A stretch of DNA of 64,000 nt. Origin: a virus (Duplodnaviria > Caudoviricetes). The stretch's first letter is position 1; every line of letters begins with the position of its first letter. The translations under genes and the position numbers were made by a program. Below, in pieces: positions 1 to 9,868 of this stretch. The notes under the pieces were generated by a model. It did not search any database, was not told where the DNA came from, and saw only the letters and a program-made list of their open reading frames with translations. The stretch covers positions 1 through 64,000 of IMG/VR virus record IMGVR_UViG_3300037483_000352; one strand, given 5' to 3'.

Positions 1-483
1 GACGTCCAGACGGGCGCTCAGGGCCGGGTCGGGGTCCATGACGGACACCATGAGCCCGTAGTGGTCCAGGCCAGCTTCACGGGCCCAAAATGCGTCACAT
101 TGGTTGTCGTCCTTGAAGATCAATGCCGCCCGGCGCCGGGCCGCCAGCATCATTTCCGCCTTGTCGGCGTTCCCGTTCCCGGTGGCGAACTTCTTGAGCG
201 TCTTGACCGGCACCAGGGCGTAGGGGACGCCTTGATCCATCAGTTCGGTCCGGACGGCCCCTTGGACCATGCCGAGGACGGCCGCCGAGAAAGACGAATG
301 GATCTTGTCCTCGATCACCACCAGGTCGACCGTGGCGAGGCGCCGCCGGACCACATCCCGGATCAAGGTCAGCCGGGTGTCACCCCACTCGGGTTTGCAC
401 TTGACCGTCATCACTGATCCGTCCGGCAGGCACACGCCGGTGGCGCTGATCGACAAGTCCAGGCCCATTACGCGAAGCGTCAT
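1..483 (-). CDS. RuvC-like Holliday junction resolvase (runs off window edge; not in ORF track)
   Basis: Manual translation from ATG at 483 (GGAAGGAG RBS upstream): MTLRVMGLDLSISATG...VVIED...TLKKFATGNGNADKAEM...DNQCDA. These are the RuvC acidic motifs and the KKFATGxGNAxK signature. Confidence 0.8.
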   Translation of the reverse strand, partial: MTLRVMGLDLSISATGVCLPDGSVMTVKCKPEWGDTRLTLIRDVVRRRLATVDLVVIEDKIHSSFSAAVLGMVQGAVRTELMDQGVPYALVPVKTLKKFATGNGNADKAEMMLAARRRAALIFKDDNQCDAFWAREAGLDHYGLMVSVMDPDPALSARLDV

Positions 484-827
484 GATCGACTCCTTCCGGC
501 CCTGGTGCACGCCGAGCAGATGCCCACGTAGTACCAAGGTCCGTTCGGCCCCGGAGGGGGCATGGTGGGGTCCGGCACCGACCCTGCCAACTCGTGTCCG
601 CCGTAGGAACGGCCGCACAGGTCGCAGGGCAGCCAGAAGAACCCGTGAGCGCGCGCGTAGGCCCTGTGAAACGCCCGGTCCTCATATGGGACCAGACGGG
701 CCCAATCGGAGCCCGCAGGGCCCGGTGTGGACACCACGGCGGGCGCTGGGATCCCCAGGTACGAGAACCACAGCCGGTGATGCCAGCCCGGAGGCCGGAG
801 GGTGATCGTTATACGGTGTTCCTCCAT
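480..827 (-). CDS. hypothetical protein with CxxC pairs
   Basis: ORF track 480..863; internal ATG at 827; overlaps the next start by 4 nt. Confidence 0.55.
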   Translation of the reverse strand: MEEHRITITLRPPGWHHRLWFSYLGIPAPAVVSTPGPAGSDWARLVPYEDRAFHRAYARAHGFFWLPCDLCGRSYGGHELAGSVPDPTMPPPGPNGPWYYVGICSACTRAGRSRS

Positions 828-834
828 GATCCCC

Positions 835-1032
835 TCAGTCCCGGTACCGGTAGTTCTTGCCACTGGTCTTGGCCTTGCTGGTCAGGTGGTACATCTCGTG
901 CCGTGCACACCAGTGTGTGCCGTTGCAACGCATATCGCCCCTCTCCCACCGCTTCAGGAGGTACTCACGGGCCTCCAGCCGGTCTGTCCATCCGTAGAGC
1001 TTCTGACATCCGGGCACTGGCTCGATCTTCAC
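835..1032 (-). CDS. hypothetical protein
   Basis: 65-aa ORF in a tightly packed minus-strand operon. Confidence 0.5.
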   Translation of the reverse strand: MKIEPVPGCQKLYGWTDRLEAREYLLKRWERGDMRCNGTHWCARHEMYHLTSKAKTSGKNYRYRD

Positions 1033-1045
1033 TGGCGTGCTCCGC

Positions 1046-1321
1046 TCATCGCCAGATACCCGGGTGGTCGTTGTATTTGATCTTCTCGGCTTCCATGATC
1101 GCCTCCTCGGTCTTCCGGACCGCCATTCTGAGCCGGACCATCAGCGGGTACCCCAGCGCCCAGTGAGCCGCTGTCGGGTACGCGCGTCGGACGTCGGCCA
1201 GCCGGGCCGCCAGACGGTCCCTCAGGACCTCCAGATCACGTTCCAGGGCCTCGTGCTCCTCCAGGGTGTAGCGGGGCTTGGCCCTGTTGCACCCACGGCC
1301 ACGACCGGTCGACTCGGTCAT
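1046..1321 (-). CDS. hypothetical protein
   Basis: ATG at 1321 with GGAG RBS, coupled to the upstream gene. Confidence 0.55.
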   Translation of the reverse strand: MTESTGRGRGCNRAKPRYTLEEHEALERDLEVLRDRLAARLADVRRAYPTAAHWALGYPLMVRLRMAVRKTEEAIMEAEKIKYNDHPGIWR

Positions 1322-1572
1322 GGCTCCTCCCCGGTGTCCATGAGCCACACGGCGTAGAACTCCAGGCGGCCCCTGATCTGCCGCACCCCGTCGTCCCCGA
1401 ACTTCTTGATCAGGTCATCCGGCTCCCAGCCGTCCTCAAGAGCTGAAATGATCAGCTCACCGGCTATGCGACGGGCCACCCTCCGGGCACGGATCTTGTT
1501 GATCGGCTTCTTGGCCCAGTCCCGTCCCCGGCCGGTGTAGCGAGCGCTGTGGCGCTTGTCGACGTAGGTCAC
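1318..1572 (-). CDS. hypothetical protein
   Basis: 4-nt overlaps with both neighbours. Confidence 0.55.
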   Translation of the reverse strand: MTYVDKRHSARYTGRGRDWAKKPINKIRARRVARRIAGELIISALEDGWEPDDLIKKFGDDGVRQIRGRLEFYAVWLMDTGEEP

Positions 1573-2150
1573 AGCCCGGCCGCCTTTCGGATCAAGTACT
1601 CAGCAGCCGCCTTGAGCATGTCCGGGTTGTCCTCGAAATGGCCGATGCCTTGATTGCAGTGGTGGCAGAGCACGCCCCGGATCTTTCCCGTTACGTGATC
1701 GTGGTCAACAGCTTGGGCCGGTTGATCACAGATCTCGCACGTCCTACCGGTGCGCAGTGCCCTGGCTTGAGTGATCGTGAGGCCGTGGCCCCGCCGACCT
1801 TGAGCCTTCCGGAACATGTGCGCGCCGTTCCGGCACTTTCCATCAGACGTCAGGGTGACGGGGCCGCACCACACGCACACGCATGTACGGGTAGTCGGAT
1901 CTTTGCTGATCAACCGGTGAGCAAACCCGGATTTGATCTTCACCGGACCCCGGCATTGGTTGTAAACACCGTAGATCCGAACAGTGGACCGACAGCGATC
2001 ACACCACCCGCGTTGGCGCCTGGCATAGACCACACTGACCGGATGTACTTTGTCTTTAGCCCTGGCGCAGGCGGGACTACAGAACCGGGTCCTGGAGTCA
2101 GCCGAATCAACGGGCTCCCCGCATCCCGCCTCACACAGTTTCTTGGTCAT
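1569..2150 (-). CDS. recombination endonuclease VII domain protein with Cys-rich N-terminus
   Basis: C-terminal CEIC...VDHDHVTGKIRGVLCHHCNQGIGHFEDNPDMLKAAAEYL is the endonuclease VII signature; ATG at 2150 overlaps the polymerase stop. Confidence 0.85.
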   Translation of the reverse strand: MTKKLCEAGCGEPVDSADSRTRFCSPACARAKDKVHPVSVVYARRQRGWCDRCRSTVRIYGVYNQCRGPVKIKSGFAHRLISKDPTTRTCVCVWCGPVTLTSDGKCRNGAHMFRKAQGRRGHGLTITQARALRTGRTCEICDQPAQAVDHDHVTGKIRGVLCHHCNQGIGHFEDNPDMLKAAAEYLIRKAAGL

Positions 2151-4024
2151 TTCTCTGAGATCGCCCCCCAGCTCGGACCCGGGCCCGCCAGGTCGCACAA
2201 GATCGGCACGTTCTGCCACTCCCACGTAAAAGCCGCCCGAATGTCCTCGCCAACCCTTTCAGCATCCGCTTCGGGGACCATGAACACGAACTCGTCGTGC
2301 GCGTGACCTACCAAGTACGGGATGTACTCTGGGTGTCGATCAATCAAGATCAACAACACTTCGCAGGTAATATCGCGCGCCGTCCCCTGTCCCATGAGGG
2401 CCGGAGCGACGGTGTAGGCCGACTGGGGAGCGCAACGCATCTTGCGGCCGAAACCGTTGTCCAAGTATTCGCCGTCCATGCCCTGCTCGCGGATCTCCTC
2501 GCGCCACTCACAGAGCCTCGGGAATCGCCTCTCCATTCCGTTGACGAAAGCCCACACCACCTGAGGATCAGCGCCCTCGCGGATCATGCGCTTGGCGCCC
2601 AGGCCGTAGTTCCATCCGTGGCCGCGCGCCTTGGCCTCCTGGCGCGGGATGCCCAGCATGTCCGCGATCAGTTGGTGCGCGTCCTTCTGGGTACCGTCGT
2701 CCTCCCACCCGAAGAGGTCCATGTACGCCCGGTCCTGGCTGTGCCCGGCCACAGCGCGCATGTCGACCTGTGCGAGGTCGCAGGAGATCACTACGTACCC
2801 GGGAAGACCAATAAAGATCTCCCGTTCGACGTGCCTCCCGGCATGCTTGCCGTACACCGTCATGCCCGGTTTGGTGACCGACCACCGGCCGGACGCCTGC
2901 CGCATAGACACCACGGGGTGCACCCGGCCGTCAGGGGCCAGGTTGTTCATGGCGGTTTGGTAGACCGTCCGGGTCGTCGTGACGATGGTCACCAGGTCGC
3001 ACAGGCGCTGCAAGTCAACCAGGCCCAGCTTGGTGACATAGTGAGCGATGATCTTTTCCATGCCCTCGCGCCCGGCCGCGATGTCCTTGATCTCCTGGCC
3101 GGTGACCGGGTGCGTGATCTTGTTCTTGTCGACCTTGGGGTAGTGCTTGGCCCCCAGGTCCCACAGAGCCTTGATCAACGCGTCTTTACCAGCCCTGGTC
3201 GCCAGGGGTGCCTTGGACGGGATCCAATGCTCGGTCTTGTTCGGCTTACGGCCCCTCAGGACCGTGGCGCCCAGGGGGATGCCGTACGCCTCACTCAGCT
3301 CAGCAAGGGCCGCCTGCTTGCGTGCCTCGCCCTCCTTGATCCTCGTTTCCAACAGGGGGACGTCCACTGGGAAGCCCGTCAGGGTCATGTGCCCGGCCAG
3401 GGTCAGCAACTTGTGCTCACGGCGCCCGTAGGTGGTCATGGGGAGCCGTCCGGCCACCTGGTAGGACGCCTGGACGTCCTGCGCAAGGTAGGCCCGGTAG
3501 TCGGGATCGTCCAGCGGGATCCGGTCGTACCCGTCGTGCCGCCGCTTCAGGGCCGCGAGACCGTTCTCACCAGTGATCTTTCCTTCGACCCCGAGCCGCA
3601 GGGCGACATGGTCAAGGTCGTAGTGGTCCTCGGAGCCGTGTTCGCGTGAGCGGGGCGGGGTGTGCTGCCGGGACAGCGGGTCGGTGTCATGTGCCTTGGC
3701 GGCGAACATGGCCCACCAGGTGTGGCGGTCATCCACAGGGATGTGGTGCCAGGCCAGCGCGAGGCCGTCGAACCCCATGATGTTATGGCCGGTGACCACG
3801 TCGGCCGTACCGATCTCCGACAGCAAGTCATCCATGTTCGTGGTGATCACCACGGGACCGTCGTTGATCTTATATCCGGCGATCCGGCAGAAGTCCCCTT
3901 CCACCGGCCGCGCGTTGTCCTTACCGGCGTCCACGATGCCGGTGAACATCGAATCAGCACTGGCGGTTTCAAGGTCGAATGTCAGCGTCCGCAGGGCGCC
4001 GAAGGTGGCTTCAGGACTACTCAT
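2147..4024 (-). CDS. DNA polymerase, family A, with 3'-5' exonuclease domain
   Basis: ExoI FDLET, ExoII GHNIMGFD, ExoIII YLAQD; motif A DLAQVDMR, motif B RQEAKARGHGWNYG, motif C HDE. Confidence 0.93.
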   Translation of the reverse strand: MSSPEATFGALRTLTFDLETASADSMFTGIVDAGKDNARPVEGDFCRIAGYKINDGPVVITTNMDDLLSEIGTADVVTGHNIMGFDGLALAWHHIPVDDRHTWWAMFAAKAHDTDPLSRQHTPPRSREHGSEDHYDLDHVALRLGVEGKITGENGLAALKRRHDGYDRIPLDDPDYRAYLAQDVQASYQVAGRLPMTTYGRREHKLLTLAGHMTLTGFPVDVPLLETRIKEGEARKQAALAELSEAYGIPLGATVLRGRKPNKTEHWIPSKAPLATRAGKDALIKALWDLGAKHYPKVDKNKITHPVTGQEIKDIAAGREGMEKIIAHYVTKLGLVDLQRLCDLVTIVTTTRTVYQTAMNNLAPDGRVHPVVSMRQASGRWSVTKPGMTVYGKHAGRHVEREIFIGLPGYVVISCDLAQVDMRAVAGHSQDRAYMDLFGWEDDGTQKDAHQLIADMLGIPRQEAKARGHGWNYGLGAKRMIREGADPQVVWAFVNGMERRFPRLCEWREEIREQGMDGEYLDNGFGRKMRCAPQSAYTVAPALMGQGTARDITCEVLLILIDRHPEYIPYLVGHAHDEFVFMVPEADAERVGEDIRAAFTWEWQNVPILCDLAGPGPSWGAISEK

Positions 4025-5700
4025 ACGGACTCTCCGGGCAGTCGTCGATCACCAGCATGTCCCGGGGACGGACGGACACCGTCACCCCGGTACTGATCCA
4101 GTAGCCTCCGTCATCCTCGCCGTGCCGGGCCAGGCCGACCCGGACCTTCCCCCAGAACCCATAGCCCACCACCAGCCCGATGTGCAGCGCCGGGCGGGTC
4201 CGGCCGAGACGGCCGAACCACACCACAGCGTCACCGTGCTCGATGGACACGCCCCGGGTGTCCACGCTCATCGGGGGCCGTCCTCGTCGCCAGCCCAGAT
4301 GACAATCTTCTTGTGCTCGGCGACCAGCTTGATCAGCTCGTCGGCGTCGTCCACACCACAGGCCGCCAGGCCCTGGATGAACGCCAGCAGTCGGTGATCG
4401 TCATAGCTGATCTCGTACCCGGAGTTGTACTCCCAGTGATCATCGAACAGGTAGGACTCCAGCTTGAACATCAGGTCGGTGCCGAGCTGGTTGTCAACCG
4501 GGGGAGGCGGCACCGGCCGCCAGTGCATGGACCGGCTCATGCGTGCCTCCCTGAGGGGCCGTGAGCACGGTCACACTGCCGGTTCATGCACTCAGCGGGG
4601 ATCTCGTCCACCGGGTCGCCCACAGGCCGCGAGACGGCCGCTGACGGCCCCGGGACATCCGTGTCGTACCCCAGGGTCTGGATCTCCCGAATGGTGTCCT
4701 GGACAGCCCCCATGATCCCGTACAGCAGCCCCGCGCGTAGCGGGTCGGCCTCCACTCCGTACATGCCGTTGATCTTCTCGTGCAGGCCGGTCAGGGCGCC
4801 CGTTACGATCTTGGTGGCATCGGCTCGCGCCACCGTGCGGATGTGCTCTTCGCGCATGCCATCCCAGGGAACGATCATGACCGGCCCGCCGACCGGTAGC
4901 GCTGGATGGTGATCGTCTGGGGCTCGAAGCCCTTGTCCAGCTTGGACAGGAGCTGTGCGAACTGACCGTGGTACTCGCTGCCGATCTTCACGACCGCCAC
5001 CGACGTGCCGTACGGGTTGTAGTTGTTGCCCTCGGTCCAGGCGAAGTCGCCGACCTCCAGGTCCCCCACACCGGGCGCCACGGCGTACGCGTAGGTGCGT
5101 CCGTTGCCCCCGGGGAACCTGACCTGGACGATCTGCCGCCCGTGCTCGTCCCGCTCCCTGAAGGGGCCTTTGCTGCCTGCCATGATCAGCCTTCCTCTCG
5201 CAAGAACGAATCGATGCCGTTCCTGATCAGTACGAAGAACTCCCCCAGGGCCGAGGCGGTGTCGGGGGACAGGTTCGCGATCTGCCGGGCGCCAGCCTCA
5301 GGCAGTTCGACGTGGACACTGACCCGGCATCCGGGGAGGGACACCGGAATCAGCAAGTTGACGGTCCGGGCGGATCCGGGTTCCGGACGGGCATCGTTCT
5401 GGTCGTAGGGCTTGTAGGGGAAGGTCATCACTGCCTCCGGTACGGGTCGTTGGGGACCCCGGCGTTGCGCAGGTCGCCGGGGGAGTTGAGGACCACGGAG
5501 CTGACGTCCCACAAACAGACCGGACGGTCCACCACCCACCCGACCCCCAGCACTTCCGGGCGTCCGTCCAGGGTCACCGCGCGAAGCCACACGGACGCCA
5601 GAGCGCCTTGGACGGCGGGGCCGGGGGAATCGGTCACCTCGAACGCCATAGCCACGTAGGCGCCCTCCGGGGGCACCAGGAGACGCGGTGTGCCGGTCAT
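4017..5700 (-). other. six small hypothetical genes (4017-4271, 4268-4540, 4537-4878, 4875-5183, 5186-5428, 5428-5700)
   Basis: Head-to-tail ORFs with 1-8 nt overlaps or gaps and phage-like composition; no family recognised. Confidence 0.55.
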
Positions 5701-5981
5701 CGGGGCCTCTTTCCGCCACGGGGCCACGCGCGAGGGCGCGGCGGGTCGTACGACTTGCGGACAGCATCGCGTGCGCGGTCCATGCCGTCGCGAGCCACGT
5801 CCGTCAGAGTGAACGACCCGTCCTTGTCGGTGATCCACCCGTTGGACTCAAGCCGGTCGATCACCGGCCACAGGGCCGGGAAGCTGATGTTGGTGTCCGC
5901 GCTGATCTCCAGCCCTGTGGCCGGAGACTTGGCCAGCCTCTCGACCACCCGGCGGACCTTTCGGGTCACTCGGACACTCAC
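5697..5981 (-). CDS. winged helix-turn-helix (PadR/MarR-like) DNA-binding protein
   Basis: GTG start at 5981; ATGLEISADTNISFPALWPVIDRLESNGWI...SFTLTDVAR fits the wHTH pattern. Confidence 0.6.
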   Translation of the reverse strand: MSVRVTRKVRRVVERLAKSPATGLEISADTNISFPALWPVIDRLESNGWITDKDGSFTLTDVARDGMDRARDAVRKSYDPPRPRAWPRGGKRPR

Positions 5982-6190
5982 AGCCGGTGATCCTTGTCGT
6001 AGGCGGCCTCGCGGTTGTGCGGCAGGGACAGGACCACCCTCAGGGTCCTCAGCGTGCTCCGGAACGTCCCCTTGTACCTGACCACGTCGTCGTTGGTCCC
6101 GCCCTGCTGCCGGGCCAGTCGGCAGAAGGCCTCGATGTCCGAGAGGGTCATGTCCTCGTCCGTGGACAGCTCCACGGGCTTCCTGATCAC
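5978..6190 (-). CDS. hypothetical protein
   Basis: GTG at 6190, GTGA overlaps at both ends. Confidence 0.5.
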   Translation of the reverse strand: MIRKPVELSTDEDMTLSDIEAFCRLARQQGGTNDDVVRYKGTFRSTLRTLRVVLSLPHNREAAYDKDHRL

Positions 6191-6396
6191 TGGCTGGCCT
6201 CTGCGCCTGCAAACCAGTCGGCCAGGGCCCACCTGATCACTACGGACTGCGGGACGCCGTCCTTGGCTGCTGCCGCCCGGAGGGTGCTGAACATGGCCGG
6301 GGGGATGTCCGCGCCGATGTGGTGCCAGTCGGCGCGAGCCTCGCTCTTTCCGGTCCGCTTGGGTGTTCCGCTCTTTGATCGCATGTGATGAATCAT
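6187..6396 (-). CDS. ribbon-helix-helix (CopG/Arc-like) regulator
   Basis: HIGADIPPAMFSTLRAAAAKDGVPQSVVIRWALADW fits a beta-strand plus two-helix RHH pattern. Confidence 0.65.
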   Translation of the reverse strand: MIHHMRSKSGTPKRTGKSEARADWHHIGADIPPAMFSTLRAAAAKDGVPQSVVIRWALADWFAGAEASQ

Positions 6397-6496
6397 AACT
6401 CCATGTGGTGATCGTCGGGAGGCGATCTACAACCCCTTTTGGATCTTGCCGTGGAGATCTTTGATCAAGGTCCCTGGAGGTAAAGGATTCCCCATA

Positions 6497-6715
6497 GATG
6501 CACGTGCATGGAGCGCATCCCTAGCACTGCTAGTTGTAGTGTGAAGGGATGCAGGATGCACCAGGGATGCACCAGGGATGCACTTGATCTTTAAACACAT
6601 CCTGACCTGCGCTTAGTCCGCATCCCTCAGTGCATCCCTCCAGGGATGCACCGGGGATGCAGGGTGAGTGCATCCCTGCATCCCATCCCTGAAAGGGATG
6701 CGGGGGATGCACCCT
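6497..6715. repeat. iteron-like array of GGGATGC(A)/GCATCCC; candidate replication origin
   Basis: About a dozen copies in both orientations counted by eye, including tandem GCACCAGGGAT; non-coding; lies between the primase-helicase and RHH genes. Confidence 0.7.
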
Positions 6716-6741
6716 CGCTTCCTGATCTTCACTAGTCATGT

Positions 6742-8865
6742 TCATTCAAAACCGGCCGGGGCCTGATCGGGGTCGGTCCTGCCCCGGGCCTGACGTGCCG
6801 CATGGGCGTTCTGCCAGTCGACGCCCTTCCCCGTGATCGGCCCGCCGTTGTCCTTGAGCCATTCGCGCGCGGGGCGCTGCGCCAGGCTCATGGGGAGGCC
6901 GCGCTGATCCATTTCGCGGATGATCCGTTCGACGTTCGTCTCCGGGGTGCGGCTGTCCTCCGTGACCCACGTCGGCTCGTCACTGAAGGGGTCCGGCTCA
7001 CAGAACGCCGTATCCACGCGACCGGCCAGCCCCCCGGCGTCCACCTGTGACGTCATGACCGCCACGGCCAGCGTGCGGCCGTCCAGGTTGCCCAGCGACC
7101 CCCGGTTGTCCTTGCGCAGCACCAGCCGCGTCCGGCCGGTCGTGCCCGGCTTCAGCGTGACCACCTTGCACGCCTCGTACAGCGCCCCCTGGACGGCCTG
7201 CGCCTTACGGATGGACCCGTGCTGCCGTTCCTTGTTCTCGTGCCCCACGTGGTCCAGGAACAGCCCGCAGGCGCCGTTCAGGGTGAACGGCTGGAAACAT
7301 TCCTGGATCACCGTGTCGATGCCGCCGGGGTGGTACGGGTCCAGGTCGAACGACGTCACGGCCGGGTTGAGCGCGTCCAGGGTCACGAGCTTCGCCGCCT
7401 GGCGCACGGCCGCAGGCAGTACGTCCCGGCCGCTCTTGTCGTAGAGGACGTGCAGCCGGTTGCGGATGCCGTCCGGCTCCGCGTCCGCGTCGATCAGCCG
7501 CTTCACGATGGACATGATCGGGTTGTTGTCGAATTCCCAGTGGATCACCGTGCCCCCGGCGTTCAGCTCCCGGGCTTGCAGCTCGGCCAGGATGACGGTC
7601 TTGCCGACCGAGCCGTCCCCGAAGATCCCGTTGACGTGCCCCGGGTAGAACAGCCCCCACCCCTTGTCGTTGCCTTCGATCACCCCTACCGACGGAACGT
7701 CGAGCTGTGCGCCGCCGAGCAGCGCGTCAAGAGCGTCGCCCACGGTCAGGTTGCCGGACGTCCTCTGCTTGGCCTTGTGGTTGCGGACGATCTCCATTGC
7801 CTTTTCACGGCGCAGGATCCGCAGGGCCTCGACCCGGACCTCCCGGTGGACCTCCGGGCCGAACGTGGGTTCTCCTGTGTCCTGCTCCTCCTCGTCCTCG
7901 TACTCGTCGTCCTTGACGTCCTCGTCTGGCTCCGGGGTGTCCCGGACCGCAGTTTCCAGCAGGCTGCTGTGAGACCCGCTGAACTCATCGGGTCCGGCTT
8001 CCGGCTTGGCCGCCCACCACGCGTCCTCAAGCGCGTCGAACAGGGGACCGGCCGCCACCTTGCCGTAGGTGGACTCCCGGCATGCCCACCCCAGGGCCTT
8101 CAGCATCGAGTCGTGGCGGCATCCGTCCCGGGTGTCGAACCGGTCCAGGATGCGCTGTACAAGGTCGGGGTCAGACTCCCCGGTGTACCGCTGCCGGAAC
8201 TCCTTCACACCTAGACCGGCGCCCTCGTGGTACCCGCGCTGAGGCTTACTGAGGTGTTCCAGCCACGTGGCGGGTAGGTCTGCTATCAGGTCCAGCCGGG
8301 GCGGTGTGTCCGACCGCACGCCGTTGTACCAGGCATAGGTGTTGCCGGTCTTGGCGTGCACGGACGGCCAGACCATGGCGTACCGATGGTGGTGCTGGAT
8401 GACCTCTATGGACTCCGACAGTGATCCCCGCAGCTCTCCGCAGTCCTCGGGGACCCTGAAGAAGTAGATCCGCGACGGTCCGTCGCCGCGCGCCGTGGAA
8501 GACCATGTGGACGGGAGTGGACCGAGATCGTTTTCCAGCTCCTTGAGATCATCTGCGCCGTGCTTGTCGTCGTACTGGTCGATGTCGATGCCGATGACCC
8601 CGTAGGGCAGCCGCCACCCGATGTTGAAGTCCTTGAACTTGGGCAGCGCGTTGGGACCGGCGTAAAGCCTTGCTGGGGTCTGTATCCCCTTGCGGCCCGA
8701 CACCTTCCTGATCGCGATCGTCTTGGCCTTGTCACCCTGGGTGCGCACCGGAACCATGCCGGTGTACTCCAGGCGCGCGTACACCGGCACTCCGGTGCCG
8801 TACGGCCCGGAGGGCGGTGTCTCGTCCTCCGCAGGGCCCATGAGGAAGTCGGTGGCCGACGTCAT
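6742..8865 (-). CDS. bifunctional DNA primase/polymerase fused to a P-loop (RecA-like) helicase
   Basis: N-terminal prim-pol (NIGWRLPYGVIGIDID...RIYFFRVP...RYAMVWPSVH); C-terminal Walker A GDGSVGKT and LVTLDAL/FLDH motifs. Confidence 0.85.
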   Translation of the reverse strand: MTSATDFLMGPAEDETPPSGPYGTGVPVYARLEYTGMVPVRTQGDKAKTIAIRKVSGRKGIQTPARLYAGPNALPKFKDFNIGWRLPYGVIGIDIDQYDDKHGADDLKELENDLGPLPSTWSSTARGDGPSRIYFFRVPEDCGELRGSLSESIEVIQHHHRYAMVWPSVHAKTGNTYAWYNGVRSDTPPRLDLIADLPATWLEHLSKPQRGYHEGAGLGVKEFRQRYTGESDPDLVQRILDRFDTRDGCRHDSMLKALGWACRESTYGKVAAGPLFDALEDAWWAAKPEAGPDEFSGSHSSLLETAVRDTPEPDEDVKDDEYEDEEEQDTGEPTFGPEVHREVRVEALRILRREKAMEIVRNHKAKQRTSGNLTVGDALDALLGGAQLDVPSVGVIEGNDKGWGLFYPGHVNGIFGDGSVGKTVILAELQARELNAGGTVIHWEFDNNPIMSIVKRLIDADAEPDGIRNRLHVLYDKSGRDVLPAAVRQAAKLVTLDALNPAVTSFDLDPYHPGGIDTVIQECFQPFTLNGACGLFLDHVGHENKERQHGSIRKAQAVQGALYEACKVVTLKPGTTGRTRLVLRKDNRGSLGNLDGRTLAVAVMTSQVDAGGLAGRVDTAFCEPDPFSDEPTWVTEDSRTPETNVERIIREMDQRGLPMSLAQRPAREWLKDNGGPITGKGVDWQNAHAARQARGRTDPDQAPAGFE

Positions 8866-8994
8866 GCCGGACCTCCCGGCACGGATGAGTTAATGTGGTT
8901 CATGGCAGCTCGCTCCTGCTTCATTGGCCCCCAGTGACCATGCGCCTGGTCCTGGGGGTCACTTGTGTCCGGGCTGTGGTGGTGGGTGTCCATC

Positions 8995-9648
8995 TTAGGA
9001 GCGGGCGGACCCAGGGGATTCCCCGTGCTCGAACCGGGCCGACCGGGCAGCGTCGTACGCGGCGTGGATACGCGGCCACCAGGTGTCGTGATCTTTCTGG
9101 AGCATGCTCCCCCATGACCCCCGGAGAAACCATTGGATCATCCGAGGTGCGGTGAGGGACGGGTCTTGATCTGCTATGCAGAGGTCATCCCACGCGCCCC
9201 CGTCATGTGCGATCACTGGACTGTTCGTGGTCATCAACGGACATTGACCACTGCCCGCTAGATCCCACGGCAGCGCGTGCAGGTACCCCTTGTGCAGATG
9301 CAGGCGGGTGGGCACCCGGTCGCTCTGCACCATGTACCCGTCCGGCAGGCGGCTCGGGCGAGGAAGCCGCCCGAACACGATCAGGTCCCCGCCCTCTCCG
9401 TCGGAGAGGCCGACGGCGGAACGCAGGATCTTCGTCAGGTCATGTTCTGTGATCTCCCCTTTCACCTCCCCGTAGATCTTCAGGTCCGGGAACCAGAAGT
9501 CCGGCAGGTAGTACCCGTGAGGGAGATCGAATCCCTCGTGTTCGTACTCCCATGCGATGCCCAGGTGATCGAAGAACACCGCGTAACGCGCCTCCAGGCG
9601 GCTGCGGAACCGGCACCCCGCGTAGCGGGTCTCAATGGCTTTGATCAT
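8995..9648 (-). CDS. PD-(D/E)xK-like phage nuclease family protein
   Basis: MIKAIETRYAGCRFRSRLEARYAVFFDHLGIAWEYE..GF...YLPDFW...YGEVKG, a common phage PD-(D/E)xK pattern. Confidence 0.7.
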   Translation of the reverse strand: MIKAIETRYAGCRFRSRLEARYAVFFDHLGIAWEYEHEGFDLPHGYYLPDFWFPDLKIYGEVKGEITEHDLTKILRSAVGLSDGEGGDLIVFGRLPRPSRLPDGYMVQSDRVPTRLHLHKGYLHALPWDLAGSGQCPLMTTNSPVIAHDGGAWDDLCIADQDPSLTAPRMIQWFLRGSWGSMLQKDHDTWWPRIHAAYDAARSARFEHGESPGSARS

Positions 9649-9728
9649 GACGCAGCCCCTTTGCGATCGGTTTGCTGGTGCATACCGGCTGTTGATCCAC
9701 TTCCGCTTGTTACTGACGCGTAAGAGAT

Positions 9729-9817
9729 CCAAAGCTCTGTGCGCCCGTCTGCGGGCCTCCCGGCGGTGCCCCGGTACCCGTGGACCCCCGCGCGGAGATA
9801 GGGATTCGCGCAGGTCA
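9729..9817 (-). repeat. dispersed composite repeat, full copy (TGACCTGCG...GGGTACC-N21-CAGACGGGCGCACAGAGCTTT)
   Basis: Collinear with the copies at 29542-29642 and 50497-50596. Confidence 0.8.
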
Positions 9818-9868
9818 GCGGGTGGTTGGAGCGATACGGACATCCCGGGCGCGTTTGCTCCCGGCCGG

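Noticed and set aside
7-27. CAGACGGGCGCTCAGGGC as another copy of the dispersed repeat
   Set aside because: Lies inside the RuvC-like CDS, and the upstream GGGTACC half would be outside the window, so it cannot be verified.
2297-3649. Long antisense or alternate-frame ORFs (also 7219-8214, 10851-11945, 24894-26651, 27245-28630, 53800-54906)
   Set aside because: Shadow ORFs expected in high-GC DNA; they overlap genes with clear motifs and have Arg/Pro/Gly-rich, motif-free translations.
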